64,000 bases of DNA from Escherichia coli (GTDB taxonomy: Bacteria > Pseudomonadota > Gammaproteobacteria > Enterobacterales > Enterobacteriaceae), in assembly GCF_016903815.1 (NCBI RefSeq), contig NZ_CP069973.1; one strand, 5' to 3'. Every line of letters begins with the position of its first letter. Within the stretch, counting starts at the first letter, position 1. This document shows, piece after piece, positions 48,430 to 58,176 of the stretch. The position numbers were made by a program, and so were the translations under genes. The notes beneath the pieces are model-generated. The model was not told the origin of the DNA. It ran no database searches and saw only the letters and a list, made by a program, of their open reading frames with translations.

Positions 48430-48750
48430 ATGTTACACAGAGCCCTTCGTTTAATAAGGCAATACCATAAAGAGTCATTGGTTGATTTATCAACATCTTT
48501 AGGTATTCCAAAAGAAAAAATAGTAGAACTCGAAAGTGGGGTTTGGTCGCCTACAATTGATGTTTTACAGCGTTACGCCTCCCATTTCGATATGCCGGTA
48601 TCTTCTTTAGTATTTTTTTCAGAATCGTTAGGTACGCAGGGGCGTTTATCTAAGCGTTTCCGTTTAAATTTAGCTGGTAAAGTATTAGATGTTATTGAGT
48701 GGGCGAATAAGAAAAATGAAAAGACGAATAAAACTCAAAATTTCCACTAA
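48430..48750 (+). CDS. XRE/Cro-type helix-turn-helix protein, putative partner of the RT
   Basis: 106 aa from MLHRALRLIRQYHKESLVDLSTSLGIPKEKIVELESGVWSPTIDVLQRYASHFDMPVSSLVFF (HTH_XRE-like pattern); GGAG RBS; 3' end overlaps the RT start. Confidence 0.6.
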   Translation: MLHRALRLIRQYHKESLVDLSTSLGIPKEKIVELESGVWSPTIDVLQRYASHFDMPVSSLVFFSESLGTQGRLSKRFRLNLAGKVLDVIEWANKKNEKTNKTQNFH

Positions 48751-49666
48751 AAATAAATCTTACGATATAATTGATTCGCCGTTTTATAAAATGAGAAGTA
48801 AAAGGAAATTGGCTTCTTTATTGGGGGTTGATGTAGGGGATTTATCAACCTTAAAAAAAGATGAAGGCAATTATTCTATTTTTGAACAGTTATCTAAAAA
48901 CGGAAAGCCACGTAAGATACAAAAACCATTAGAAAAATTAGATGTGGTGCATACTCGTATTGCAAGTCTGCTATCGCGAATTACTTTGCCAGATTATCTA
49001 CATTCTGGAAAGAAGGGATGTTCTAATGTTACTAATGCTAAAATCCACCTTAATAATGAAAGGTTGATGACAACCGACATCAGGGCTTTTTTTCCATCAA
49101 CTACCAGAGAAATGATATTTTCATTCTTTTTTTCTGTTATGAAGATGTCATCTGATGTTGCGGATGTATTATCGTATATATGTACTTGCTATGGGCGTTT
49201 GCCTACAGGTAGCAGGATTAGTATGCCTCTTGCATATTTTGCAAATTCCAGAATGTTCGGAGAAATACACCAACTTTGTAATAAACTACACGTAAATATG
49301 TCTGTTTATGTTGATGATCTAACTTTTTCAGGACAAAACGTTAATAGACTATTTTGTTCAGTGATTCGCAAAATAATAAATAAGCATGGTCATGTGATGC
49401 ATGCGGATAAAACAAAAATTTATAGTAGAGAAAAGCCTAAGTTGGTAACAGGTGTTATTGTTTTGGGCGGTTCTTTAAAAGTCAGGAATAAGCAGCATCT
49501 TTTAATGTCTCAAGAAATTGAATATTGGAAAATGATAAAGGATGCAGCGTGTGCAAGAGAAACTCATACTGCCAAAAAGTTATTTGGACGATTGCATTCT
49601 ATGGGGGTAATTGAACAACGTTATAGATCAAAGGTGCTTACATTAAAAGCAAGTACTGCACTTTAA
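48716..49666 (+). CDS. retron-type reverse transcriptase
   Basis: RT motifs visible: DIRAFFPS (motif A), YVDDLTFSG (motif C), retron-typical NAxxH (NAKIH) and VTG (KLVTGVIVLGG); ~316 aa; start codon uncertain (48689, 48716 or 48791). Confidence 0.8.
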   Translation: MKRRIKLKISTKNKSYDIIDSPFYKMRSKRKLASLLGVDVGDLSTLKKDEGNYSIFEQLSKNGKPRKIQKPLEKLDVVHTRIASLLSRITLPDYLHSGKKGCSNVTNAKIHLNNERLMTTDIRAFFPSTTREMIFSFFFSVMKMSSDVADVLSYICTCYGRLPTGSRISMPLAYFANSRMFGEIHQLCNKLHVNMSVYVDDLTFSGQNVNRLFCSVIRKIINKHGHVMHADKTKIYSREKPKLVTGVIVLGGSLKVRNKQHLLMSQEIEYWKMIKDAACARETHTAKKLFGRLHSMGVIEQRYRSKVLTLKASTAL

Positions 49667-49774
49667 TACAGGTTTCTGTAAGTGATTATATTGTTCTTAA
49701 GATACTTACTGATGTTATTTCCCCGTAGCCTTAATTTCTGCGGGGAAGTATGGAGATATTTTGGTTATGGAATG

Positions 49775-51139
49775 CTAATTTTTTAATGTGTATTTTTCTG
49801 TGATTAGTTTCATTGTTCTTTCCAATCCTAAATATACAGTGGCATCAGTAATATTGAGCACGGCAAGTTCTTTTAAAATTTTCTTTTTGTCTCTGATGTT
49901 TATTTTTTCTGTCTTAAAATTGTATGGTGAATTATCTGCCTGATCGTTGGATATCTCAGGAAAAACGGCGTTATTACCGAATAATAAAAAGGCACCGGAT
50001 TGAGATGATATTCTTTCATTATTTATTCTGCTTTTTACAAAAATTATTTTTTCCAAATCCTCTGGATTTATTATGCTTTTAAAATATGGTTTTTCATGCT
50101 TTATGGATTCTAAGAGTTTAAGGCAAGCATGAGAGCTGTTAAAATCATTATTTCTTTCTTCGAAAGAAAGCTTGTCTTTCATGTCTTTTGATAGCATGCA
50201 TAAATTAGATATGCAACTGACAGTGTCGGAATCGAAAAATTTAATGTTCTCTCTGTGTGTTTTAAATATTATTACTTGACCATCGATATCGTTTTTGTCG
50301 GAATTTATACTACTGCATGCAAAATAAAGTGCAATTAATGGATTTGATGTGATGTCAAGTAAGCGAGTAGGTATGCCATAATGTTGCATTCTTACAAGTT
50401 TATCAAGCATTGATGTATCATCAATGAATTCTGAGGGTCTTGCGCTCAATGCTTCTTTAACAAGGTTGATTTCATTATGTAGAAATTTATAGTTCCCATT
50501 TTCATATTTTCTGAAAAGAGATGGTGCAAGTTCATAAGATGAATCTGAATGACCCCTGTAAAAAATCTCCTCATCCATATCTGCTGTTATATGGAGAACT
50601 TTTTCAATAAATTCTTGTAAACTATTTACGGTTAATAATGTGCTATCTTCGTCTGGGAGAGGCGCTGGACTGCTATCCACTTGTGCATTTTGGTTAATAC
50701 CAAATGTCTTAAGGATATCATCTATATTTTTGTCTTTTATGGCCCAGTGTGTTCTTTTAAGGCCATAAGTTCCGAGTTCTAAACTGCTTTCAACACTTTT
50801 GGCGTCTGATATTTTGATTTCATTGTGTGTATGGGTGATTGCAAATTGGAAGTTGATTTCTTTTCCCTTAATGTGAATATTTGAAATTCTTCCAATTCGT
50901 ATGTCGACATAATAAGGTTTTGCTCCCTCTATTTGATAAGCTTCACTCATGAATATTGTTGGGAGTTTTTCAAGATAAGATAGTACATTACTGCTTAATG
51001 GGGATAGTTTTTTACGAATACCATCGGAGGTGTTTTCAAACATTCGTGATAAAAGAAATGAGAATTCTCCATTATTTTGGCTGAATGGTTTCCAGTGGTC
51101 GTAGTGGTCGGGAAAACCACCCATAATTAAATTAATCAT
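49775..51139 (-). CDS. FRG-domain-like protein (C-terminal FRG-type motifs, uncharacterised N-terminal domain); candidate defense gene
   Basis: 454-aa AT-rich ORF convergent with the RT; motifs FYRGHSDSSYELAPSLFR and RMQHYGIPTRLLDITSNPLIALYFA. Confidence 0.6.
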   Translation of the reverse strand: MINLIMGGFPDHYDHWKPFSQNNGEFSFLLSRMFENTSDGIRKKLSPLSSNVLSYLEKLPTIFMSEAYQIEGAKPYYVDIRIGRISNIHIKGKEINFQFAITHTHNEIKISDAKSVESSLELGTYGLKRTHWAIKDKNIDDILKTFGINQNAQVDSSPAPLPDEDSTLLTVNSLQEFIEKVLHITADMDEEIFYRGHSDSSYELAPSLFRKYENGNYKFLHNEINLVKEALSARPSEFIDDTSMLDKLVRMQHYGIPTRLLDITSNPLIALYFACSSINSDKNDIDGQVIIFKTHRENIKFFDSDTVSCISNLCMLSKDMKDKLSFEERNNDFNSSHACLKLLESIKHEKPYFKSIINPEDLEKIIFVKSRINNERISSQSGAFLLFGNNAVFPEISNDQADNSPYNFKTEKINIRDKKKILKELAVLNITDATVYLGLERTMKLITEKYTLKN

Positions 51140-51463
51140 AATTACCTGTTCATCTGACGTAGGTGTAGGAATGCTTGTTGTTTGTTATGGTAATGTTAAC
51201 GCTTGTTGGTGGCAACTACTATTACTACTTGCTGTTAGAGCTAAGACATTTTTTGATTGCTTGTAATGATAGCGAGCCTTTAACTAACTGGGATTTTGAA
51301 AAAATAAATGAATTGTCAATTTCCTGAGATTTTTATTACTGCATTCATTAAGTGCATTTTTTTGCGTGTGTTAGTTGCCATGCTTTTCCATGTTTGTTAT
51401 CAGTGTTGATGCGGTTACTGTGTTTTAATGCAATTGCATTAAAAGCGCCCTATGAAGCGGGCG

Positions 51464-51482
51464 GGCGAGGCGGGGAAAGCAC
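51464..51482. other. P2-type cos site (19-nt cohesive end sequence)
   Basis: ggcgaggcggggaaagcac, matching the P2 cohesive end as I recall it; lies between the cargo island and the Q portal gene. Confidence 0.6.
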
Positions 51483-51651
51483 TGCGCGCTGGCGGTGGTG
51501 CTGATTTTATTTTTTCAGCGTCTCAGCGCGTCGTGACGGCGCTTAGTCTGCCCGTTGAGGCGTTGGTGTGTCTGCGGGGGGTTTTGTGCGGTGGTGAGCG
51601 TGTGAGGGCGTGATGGCGGGTTGTAAAAAAGCCGCCCGCAGGCGGCGATGT

Positions 51652-52686
51652 TCAGCCGTTGTCAGTGTCCAGTGAGTAGTTTTTAAAGCGGATGACCTCC
51701 TGACCGAGCCAGCCGTTTATTTCCCGAATCCTGTCCTGTAACGGGATAAGCTCATTGCGGACAAAGACCTTTGCCACTTTCTCAATATCACCCAACGACC
51801 CGACGTTCTCCGGCTTGCCGCCCATCAACTGAAAAGGGATGCGGTGCGCGTCCAGCAGGTCAGCGGCGCTGGCTTTTTTGATATTAAAAAAATCGTCCTT
51901 CGTTGCTACTTCACTGAGCGGGATAATTTTAATGCCGTCAGCTTTCCCCTGCGGGGCATAGAGAAACAGGTTTTTAAAGTTGTTGCGGCCTTTCGACTTC
52001 ACCATGTTTTCGCGAAGCATTTCGATATCGTTGCGATCCTGCACGGCATCAGTGACGTACATGATGTATCCGGCATGAGCGCCGTTTTCGTAATACTTGC
52101 GGCGGAACAGCGTGGCCGACTCATTCAGCCAGGCAGAGTTAAGGGCGCTGAGATATTCCGGCAGGCCGTACAGCTCCTGATTAATATCCGGCTCCAGCAG
52201 GTGAAACACGGAACCGGGCGCGAAGGCTGTCGGCTCGTTGAAGGACGGCACCCACCAGTAAACATCCTCCTCCACGCCACGGCGGGTATATTTTGCCGGT
52301 GAGATTTCCAGTCTGATGACCTTACCGGTGGTGCTGTAACGCTTTTCCAGAAATGCATTACCGAACACCAGAAAATCCAGCACAAAGCGGCTGAAATCCT
52401 GCTGGGAAAGCCACGGATGCGGGATAAATGTCGAGGCCAGAATATTACGTTTGACGTAAATCGGTGAGCTGTGATGCACGGCAGCACGCAGGCTTTTTGC
52501 CAGACCGGTAAAGCTGACCGGTGGCTCATACCATCTGCCGTTACTGATGCACTCAACGTAATCCAGAATGTCACGGCGGTCGAGTACCGGCACCGGCTCA
52601 CCAAAGGTGAATGCCTCCATTTTCGGGGCGCTGGCGGTCATTGTTTTTGCCGCAGGTTGCGGTGTTTTCCCTTTTTTCTTGCTCAT
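51652..52686 (-). CDS. Q: P2 portal protein gpQ
   Basis: 344-aa ORF MSKKKGKTPQPAAKTMTASAPKMEAFTFGEPVPVLDRRDILDY; adjacent to cos and P. Confidence 0.9.
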   Translation of the reverse strand: MSKKKGKTPQPAAKTMTASAPKMEAFTFGEPVPVLDRRDILDYVECISNGRWYEPPVSFTGLAKSLRAAVHHSSPIYVKRNILASTFIPHPWLSQQDFSRFVLDFLVFGNAFLEKRYSTTGKVIRLEISPAKYTRRGVEEDVYWWVPSFNEPTAFAPGSVFHLLEPDINQELYGLPEYLSALNSAWLNESATLFRRKYYENGAHAGYIMYVTDAVQDRNDIEMLRENMVKSKGRNNFKNLFLYAPQGKADGIKIIPLSEVATKDDFFNIKKASAADLLDAHRIPFQLMGGKPENVGSLGDIEKVAKVFVRNELIPLQDRIREINGWLGQEVIRFKNYSLDTDNG

Positions 52687-54458
52687 CAGTAAAACTCCAG
52701 AATGGTGGATGTCAGCGGGGTGCTGATACCGGCGGTGAGTGGCTCATTTAACAGGGCGTGCATGGTCGCCCAGGCGAGGTCGGCGTGGCTGGCTTCCTCG
52801 CTGCGGCTGGCTTCATAGGTGGCACTGCGTCCGCTGCTGGTCATGGTCTTGCGGATAGCCATAAACGAGCTGGTGATGTCGGTGGCGCTGACGTCATATT
52901 CCAGACAGCCACGGCGGATAACGTCTTTGGCCTTGAGCACCATTGCGGTTTTCATTTCCGGCGTGTAGCGGATGTCGCGCGCGGCGGGATAGAACGAGCG
53001 CACGAGCTGGAACACGCCGACACCGAGGCCGGTGGCATCAATTCCGATGTATTCGACGTTGTATTTTTCGGTGAGTTTGCGGATGGATTCAGCCTGGGTG
53101 GCAAAGTCCATGCCTTTCCACTGGTGACGCTCAAGTATTCTGAATTTGCCACCGGCCACCACCGGCGGTGCCAGCACCACGCATCCGGCGCTGTCGCCAC
53201 GGTGTGACGGGTCGTAACCAATCCATACCGGGCGGGAGCCGAACGGATTGGCGGCAAACGGTGCATAGTCTTCCCATTCTTCCAGCGTGTCGACCATGCA
53301 GCGTTGCAGCTCCTCGAACGGGAACACCGATGCCTTGTCGTCAACAAATTCACACATGAACAGGTTTTTAAAATCGTCGGCGCTGTTTTCGCGTTTGAGC
53401 TGCTCAATGTCGAACAGCGTGCAGCCGCCTTTCAGGGCGTCCTCAATGGTGACAATCTGTCGCCACTGGCCGTCCGCACAGAGAAGCCCACCGGCAAGGG
53501 CGTTATGACTGACGTCGATTTCCACGCGTTCGGCGGCGCTGGCGCGTCCCCGGTTGAACAGTTCACCCGACCAGAACGGGTAGGCGTCGTGCGCCAGCGT
53601 GGACGGGGTGGAGAAATAGGTCGAGCGCAGGTGACTCTGTGAGGCCATACCTGATGCCACCTTACGCAGTACCTGAAAATTCGGGATCCAGAAAATCTCG
53701 TCGACGTACAGGTCGCCGTTATGGCTCTGTGCGGTGTTGGAGTTGGTGCCGAGAAAAATCAGTTTTGCGCCGTTATTGCCCAGGACAATCGGGTCACCGG
53801 TCAGGTCAACGTCAACCAGCCGGGCAAAGGCGATGATGTATTCGCGGAACACATACGCCTGCGTTTTACTGGCCGACAGAAAAATCTGGTTATGACCGGT
53901 TTTCAGGGCGCGCAGCAGCGCCTCGCGGGAAAAATAAAACGTTGCGCCAATCTGGCGGGATTTCAGGATATCGCGGATGCGGTGCTCAAGCCCGGCGCGA
54001 TACCAGTGCAACTGATAGTCGAAAGACTGCTCAAAGAAAATCTGCTCCAGCTTTTCGATGGCCTCGTCACTGAAAAAATTCTTTTTCGGTTTGCGCCGCC
54101 CGCCTTTGTTGCGGTTAGCGACGTTCGGATTAAGGTCTGCCTCGTTGCCGGTCTGGCTGTAACGGTTGACCCGTGCCAGTCGTTCAATCTGGCGTCCCAG
54201 CAGGTCAATTTCCTTGAAGTCACCGCCGGTTTTCTGCGGTTTGATGATGAGCTGGGTCAGCCGCGCTTCCAGACTCATTTCGACACGGCTGATGGGGGCA
54301 ACGCTGTCCCAGCCGTCGCGCTGTTTCCAGCTCTGCACCGTCGGGCGTTTCATCTGCAACATGGCGGCAATCTGCGGCACGGAAAACCCCTGCCAGTACA
54401 GCAGCGCCGCCTGACGACGCGGGTCGTGTAAAAGAGTGGTGTCTGTGGTGATGGTCAT
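52686..54458 (-). CDS. P: P2 terminase large (ATPase) subunit gpP
   Basis: ~590 aa from MTITTDTTLLHDPRR; terminase family. Confidence 0.9.
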   Translation of the reverse strand: MTITTDTTLLHDPRRQAALLYWQGFSVPQIAAMLQMKRPTVQSWKQRDGWDSVAPISRVEMSLEARLTQLIIKPQKTGGDFKEIDLLGRQIERLARVNRYSQTGNEADLNPNVANRNKGGRRKPKKNFFSDEAIEKLEQIFFEQSFDYQLHWYRAGLEHRIRDILKSRQIGATFYFSREALLRALKTGHNQIFLSASKTQAYVFREYIIAFARLVDVDLTGDPIVLGNNGAKLIFLGTNSNTAQSHNGDLYVDEIFWIPNFQVLRKVASGMASQSHLRSTYFSTPSTLAHDAYPFWSGELFNRGRASAAERVEIDVSHNALAGGLLCADGQWRQIVTIEDALKGGCTLFDIEQLKRENSADDFKNLFMCEFVDDKASVFPFEELQRCMVDTLEEWEDYAPFAANPFGSRPVWIGYDPSHRGDSAGCVVLAPPVVAGGKFRILERHQWKGMDFATQAESIRKLTEKYNVEYIGIDATGLGVGVFQLVRSFYPAARDIRYTPEMKTAMVLKAKDVIRRGCLEYDVSATDITSSFMAIRKTMTSSGRSATYEASRSEEASHADLAWATMHALLNEPLTAGISTPLTSTILEFY

Positions 54459-54631
54459 GAATACCTCGCCGTGATGAATACACGGCAAGGCTACTGAGTC
54501 GCGCCCCGCGATTCGCTAAGGTGCTGTTGTGTCAGTGATAAGCCATCCGGGACTGATGGCGGAGGATGCGCATCGTCGGGAAACTGATGCCGACATGTGA
54601 CTCCTCTAATCACTATTCAGGACTCCTGACA

Positions 54632-55486
54632 ATGGCAAAAAAAGTCTCAAAATTCTTTCGTATCGGCGTTGAGGGTGACACCTGTGACGGGCGTGTCATC
54701 AGTGCGCAGGATATTCAGGAAATGGCCGAAACCTTTGACCCGCGTGTCTATGGTTGCCGCATTAACCTGGAACATCTGCGCGGCATCCTGCCTGACGGTA
54801 TTTTTAAACGTTATGGCGATGTGGCCGAACTGAAGGCCGAAAAGATTGACGATGATTCGGCGCTGAAAGGCAAATGGGCGCTGTTTGCGAAAATCACCCC
54901 GACCGATGACCTTATCGCGATGAACAAGGCCGCGCAGAAGGTCTATACCTCAATGGAAATTCAGCCGAACTTTGCCAACACCGGCAAATGTTATCTGGTG
55001 GGTCTGGCCGTCACCGATGACCCGGCAAGCCTCGGCACGGAATACCTGGAATTCTGCCGCACGGCAAAACACAACCCCCTGAACCGCTTCAAATTAAGCC
55101 CTGAAAACCTGATTTCAGTGGCAACGCCTGTTGAGCTGGAATTTGAAGACCTGCCTGAAACCGTGTTTACCGCCCTGACCGAAAAGGTGAAATCCATTTT
55201 TGGCCGCAAACAGGCCAGCGATGACGCCCGTCTGAATGACGTGCATGAAGCGGTGACCGCTGTTGCTGAACATGTGCAGGAAAAACTGAGCGCCACTGAG
55301 CAGCGCCTCGCTGAGATGGAAACTGCCTTTTCCGCTCTTAAGCAGGAGGTGACTGACAGGGCGGATGAAACCAGTCAGGCATTCAGCCGCCTGAAAAACA
55401 GTCTCGACCACACCGAAAGTCTGACCCAGCAGCGCCGCAGCAAGGCCACCGGCGGTGGCGGTGACGCCCTGATGACGAACTGCTGA
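54632..55486 (+). CDS. O: P2 capsid scaffolding protein gpO
   Basis: 284 aa from MAKKVSKFFRIGVEGDTCDGRVISAQDIQEMAETF. Confidence 0.9.
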   Translation: MAKKVSKFFRIGVEGDTCDGRVISAQDIQEMAETFDPRVYGCRINLEHLRGILPDGIFKRYGDVAELKAEKIDDDSALKGKWALFAKITPTDDLIAMNKAAQKVYTSMEIQPNFANTGKCYLVGLAVTDDPASLGTEYLEFCRTAKHNPLNRFKLSPENLISVATPVELEFEDLPETVFTALTEKVKSIFGRKQASDDARLNDVHEAVTAVAEHVQEKLSATEQRLAEMETAFSALKQEVTDRADETSQAFSRLKNSLDHTESLTQQRRSKATGGGGDALMTNC

Positions 55487-55540
55487 CCGGGGGCAGTCCG
55501 GGAAAACCTTCACGATTAACCCTTAATTTCAGGAATAACT

Positions 55541-56614
55541 ATGCGCCAGGAAACCCGCTTTAAATTTAATGCCTACCTGTCCCGTGTTGCCGAACTGAAC
55601 GGCATCGACGCCGGTGATGTGTCGAAAAAATTCACCGTTGAACCTTCGGTCACCCAGACCCTGATGAACACCATGCAGGAGTCCTCTGATTTCCTGACCC
55701 GCATCAACATTGTGCCGGTCAGCGAAATGAAAGGGGAAAAAATTGGCATCGGTGTCACCGGCTCCATCGCCAGCACCACCGATACCGCCGGTGGCACCGA
55801 GCGTCAGCCGAAGGACTTCTCGAAGCTGGCGTCAAACAAGTACGAATGCGACCAGATTAACTTCGATTTTTATATCCGCTACAAAACGCTGGACCTGTGG
55901 GCGCGTTATCAGGATTTCCAGCTCCGTGTCCGTAACGCCATTATCAAACGCCAGTCCCTTGATTTCATCATGGCCGGTTTTAACGGCGTGAAGCGTGCCG
56001 AAACCTCTGACCGCAACAGTAATCCGATGCTGCAGGATGTGGCGGTCGGCTGGCTGCAGAAATACCGCAATGAAGCCCCGGCGCGCGTGATGAGCAAGGT
56101 CACTGACGAGGAAGGTCGCACCACCTCTGAGGTCATCCGCGTGGGTAAGGGCGGTGATTATGCCAGCCTCGATGCACTGGTGATGGATGCGACCAACAAC
56201 CTGATTGAGCCGTGGTATCAGGAAGACCCTGACCTTGTGGTGATTGTGGGGCGTCAGCTACTGGCGGACAAGTATTTCCCCATCGTTAACAAGGAGCAGG
56301 ACAACAGCGAAATGCTGGCCGCTGACGTCATCATCAGCCAGAAACGCATCGGTAACCTGCCGGCGGTACGCGTCCCGTACTTCCCGGCGGATGCGATGCT
56401 CATCACGAAGCTGGAAAACCTGTCCATCTACTACATGGATGACAGCCATCGCCGCGTGATTGAGGAGAACCCGAAACTCGACCGCGTGGAGAACTACGAG
56501 TCAATGAACATTGATTACGTGGTGGAAGACTACGCCGCCGGTTGTCTGGTGGAAAAAATCAAGGTCGGTGACTTCTCCACACCGGCCAAGGCGACCGCAG
56601 AGCCGGGAGCGTAA
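55541..56614 (+). CDS. N: P2 major capsid protein gpN
   Basis: 357-aa ORF MRQETRFKFNAYLSRVAELNGIDAGDV. Confidence 0.92.
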   Translation: MRQETRFKFNAYLSRVAELNGIDAGDVSKKFTVEPSVTQTLMNTMQESSDFLTRINIVPVSEMKGEKIGIGVTGSIASTTDTAGGTERQPKDFSKLASNKYECDQINFDFYIRYKTLDLWARYQDFQLRVRNAIIKRQSLDFIMAGFNGVKRAETSDRNSNPMLQDVAVGWLQKYRNEAPARVMSKVTDEEGRTTSEVIRVGKGGDYASLDALVMDATNNLIEPWYQEDPDLVVIVGRQLLADKYFPIVNKEQDNSEMLAADVIISQKRIGNLPAVRVPYFPADAMLITKLENLSIYYMDDSHRRVIEENPKLDRVENYESMNIDYVVEDYAAGCLVEKIKVGDFSTPAKATAEPGA

Positions 56615-56617
56615 CCG

Positions 56618-57361
56618 ATGACGAGTCCCGCACAGCGCCACATGATGCGGGTCTCGGCAGCGATGACCGCGCAGCGGGAAGCCGCCCCGCTGCGACATGC
56701 AACTGTCTATGAGCAGATGCTGGTTAAGCTCGCCGCAGACCAGCGCACACTGAAAGCGATTTATTCAAAAGAGCTGAAGGCCGCGAAAAAACGCGAACTG
56801 CTGCCGTTCTGGTTGCCGTGGGTGAACGGCGTGCTGGAGCAGGGCAAAGGTGCACAGGATGACATTCTGATGACGGTCATGCTGTGGCGTCTGGATACCG
56901 GCGATATTGCCGGTGCGCTGGAGATTGCCCGTTATGCCCTGAAGTACGGTCTGACCATGCCGGGTAAACACCGCCGCACCCCGCCGTACATGTTCACCGA
57001 GGAGGTCGCGCTTGCGGCCATGCGTGCCCACGCTGCCGGTGAGTCTGTGGATACCCGCCTGCTGACGGAGACCCTTGAACTGACTGCCGCTGCTGACATG
57101 CCTGATGAAGTGCGCGCAAAGCTGCACAAAATCACCGGTCTGTTTCTGCGTGACGGTGGTGATGCCGCCGGTGCGCTGGCGCACCTGCAACGTGCGACAC
57201 AGCTCGACTGTCAGGCAGGCGTCAAAAAAGAGATTGAACGACTGGAGCGGGAGCTGAAACCGAAGCCGGAGCCGCAACCCAAAGCGGCCACCCGTGCCAC
57301 GCGTAAGACCCGGAGCGTGACACCGGCAAAACGTGGACGCCCGAAAAAGAAAGCCAGTTAA
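56618..57361 (+). CDS. M: P2 terminase small/endonuclease subunit gpM
   Basis: 247-aa ORF with basic C-terminal tail; position between N and L. Confidence 0.9.
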   Translation: MTSPAQRHMMRVSAAMTAQREAAPLRHATVYEQMLVKLAADQRTLKAIYSKELKAAKKRELLPFWLPWVNGVLEQGKGAQDDILMTVMLWRLDTGDIAGALEIARYALKYGLTMPGKHRRTPPYMFTEEVALAAMRAHAAGESVDTRLLTETLELTAAADMPDEVRAKLHKITGLFLRDGGDAAGALAHLQRATQLDCQAGVKKEIERLERELKPKPEPQPKAATRATRKTRSVTPAKRGRPKKKAS

Positions 57362-57460
57362 CAACCGAATGCGCCCCGCGCCAGGGCGGCACGCCGGTCA
57401 GTGAGGGTGAATCACCTGACACTACACCGGCGTCCACCGCCCGACTTTTCAGAGGTAGTC

Positions 57461-57970
57461 ATGATGACGCTGATTATTCCGCGAAAGGAGGCTCCTGTAT
57501 CCGGTGAGGGTACGGTGGTCATCCCGCAACCGGCAGGCGACGAGCCGGTGATTAAAAACACGTTCTTTTTTCCCGATATCGACCCGAAGCGCGTCCGGGA
57601 ACGTATGCGCCTTGAGCAGACCGTCGCCCCCGCCCGTCTGCGTGAGGCCATCAAGTCAGGCATGGCTGAAACGAATGCGGAGCTGTACGAGTACCGCGAA
57701 CAGAAAATTGCCGCCGGTTTTACGCGTCTGGCTGACGTCCCGGCAGACGATATCGACGGTGAAAGCATCAAAGTTTTTTACTACGAGCGCGCCGTGTGTG
57801 CGATGGCGACCGCGTCGCTTTATGAGCGTTATCGCGGCGTGGATGCCAGTGCGAAAGGCGACAAGAAGGCCGACAGCATTGACAGCACCATTGATGAGCT
57901 GTGGCGGGATATGCGCTGGGCGGTGGCGCGCATCCAGGGCAAGCCGCGCTGCATCGTGAGTCAAATCTGA
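57461..57970 (+). CDS. L: P2 head completion protein gpL
   Basis: 169 aa from MMTLIIPRKEAPVSGEGTVV. Confidence 0.88.
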   Translation: MMTLIIPRKEAPVSGEGTVVIPQPAGDEPVIKNTFFFPDIDPKRVRERMRLEQTVAPARLREAIKSGMAETNAELYEYREQKIAAGFTRLADVPADDIDGESIKVFYYERAVCAMATASLYERYRGVDASAKGDKKADSIDSTIDELWRDMRWAVARIQGKPRCIVSQI

Positions 57971-58173
57971 TGAAGACCTTTGCGCTACAGGGCGACACGC
58001 TCGACGCCATTTGTGTCCGCTATTACGGGCGCACTGAGGGCGTGGTCGAGGCCGTGCTCGCCGCAAATCCGGGACTGGCTGAACTGGGGGCGGTGCTGCC
58101 ACACGGCACCGCCGTCGAACTGCCCGACGTTCAGACCGCGCCCGTGGCTGAAACTGTCAATCTGTGGGAGTAA
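57970..58173 (+). CDS. X: P2 tail protein X
   Basis: 67 aa MKTFALQGDTLDAICVRYYGRTEGVVEAVLAANPGLAELG (LysM-like). Confidence 0.88.
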   Translation: MKTFALQGDTLDAICVRYYGRTEGVVEAVLAANPGLAELGAVLPHGTAVELPDVQTAPVAETVNLWE

Positions 58174-58176
58174 CGC

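Noticed and set aside
52758-54431. Plus-strand ORFs (52758-53207, 53304-53642, 53721-54431) antisense to P2 terminase gene P, and similar ones opposite O/N/M/J
   Set aside because: Embedded opposite conserved phage structural genes; GC-rich third-position bias produces long antisense frames
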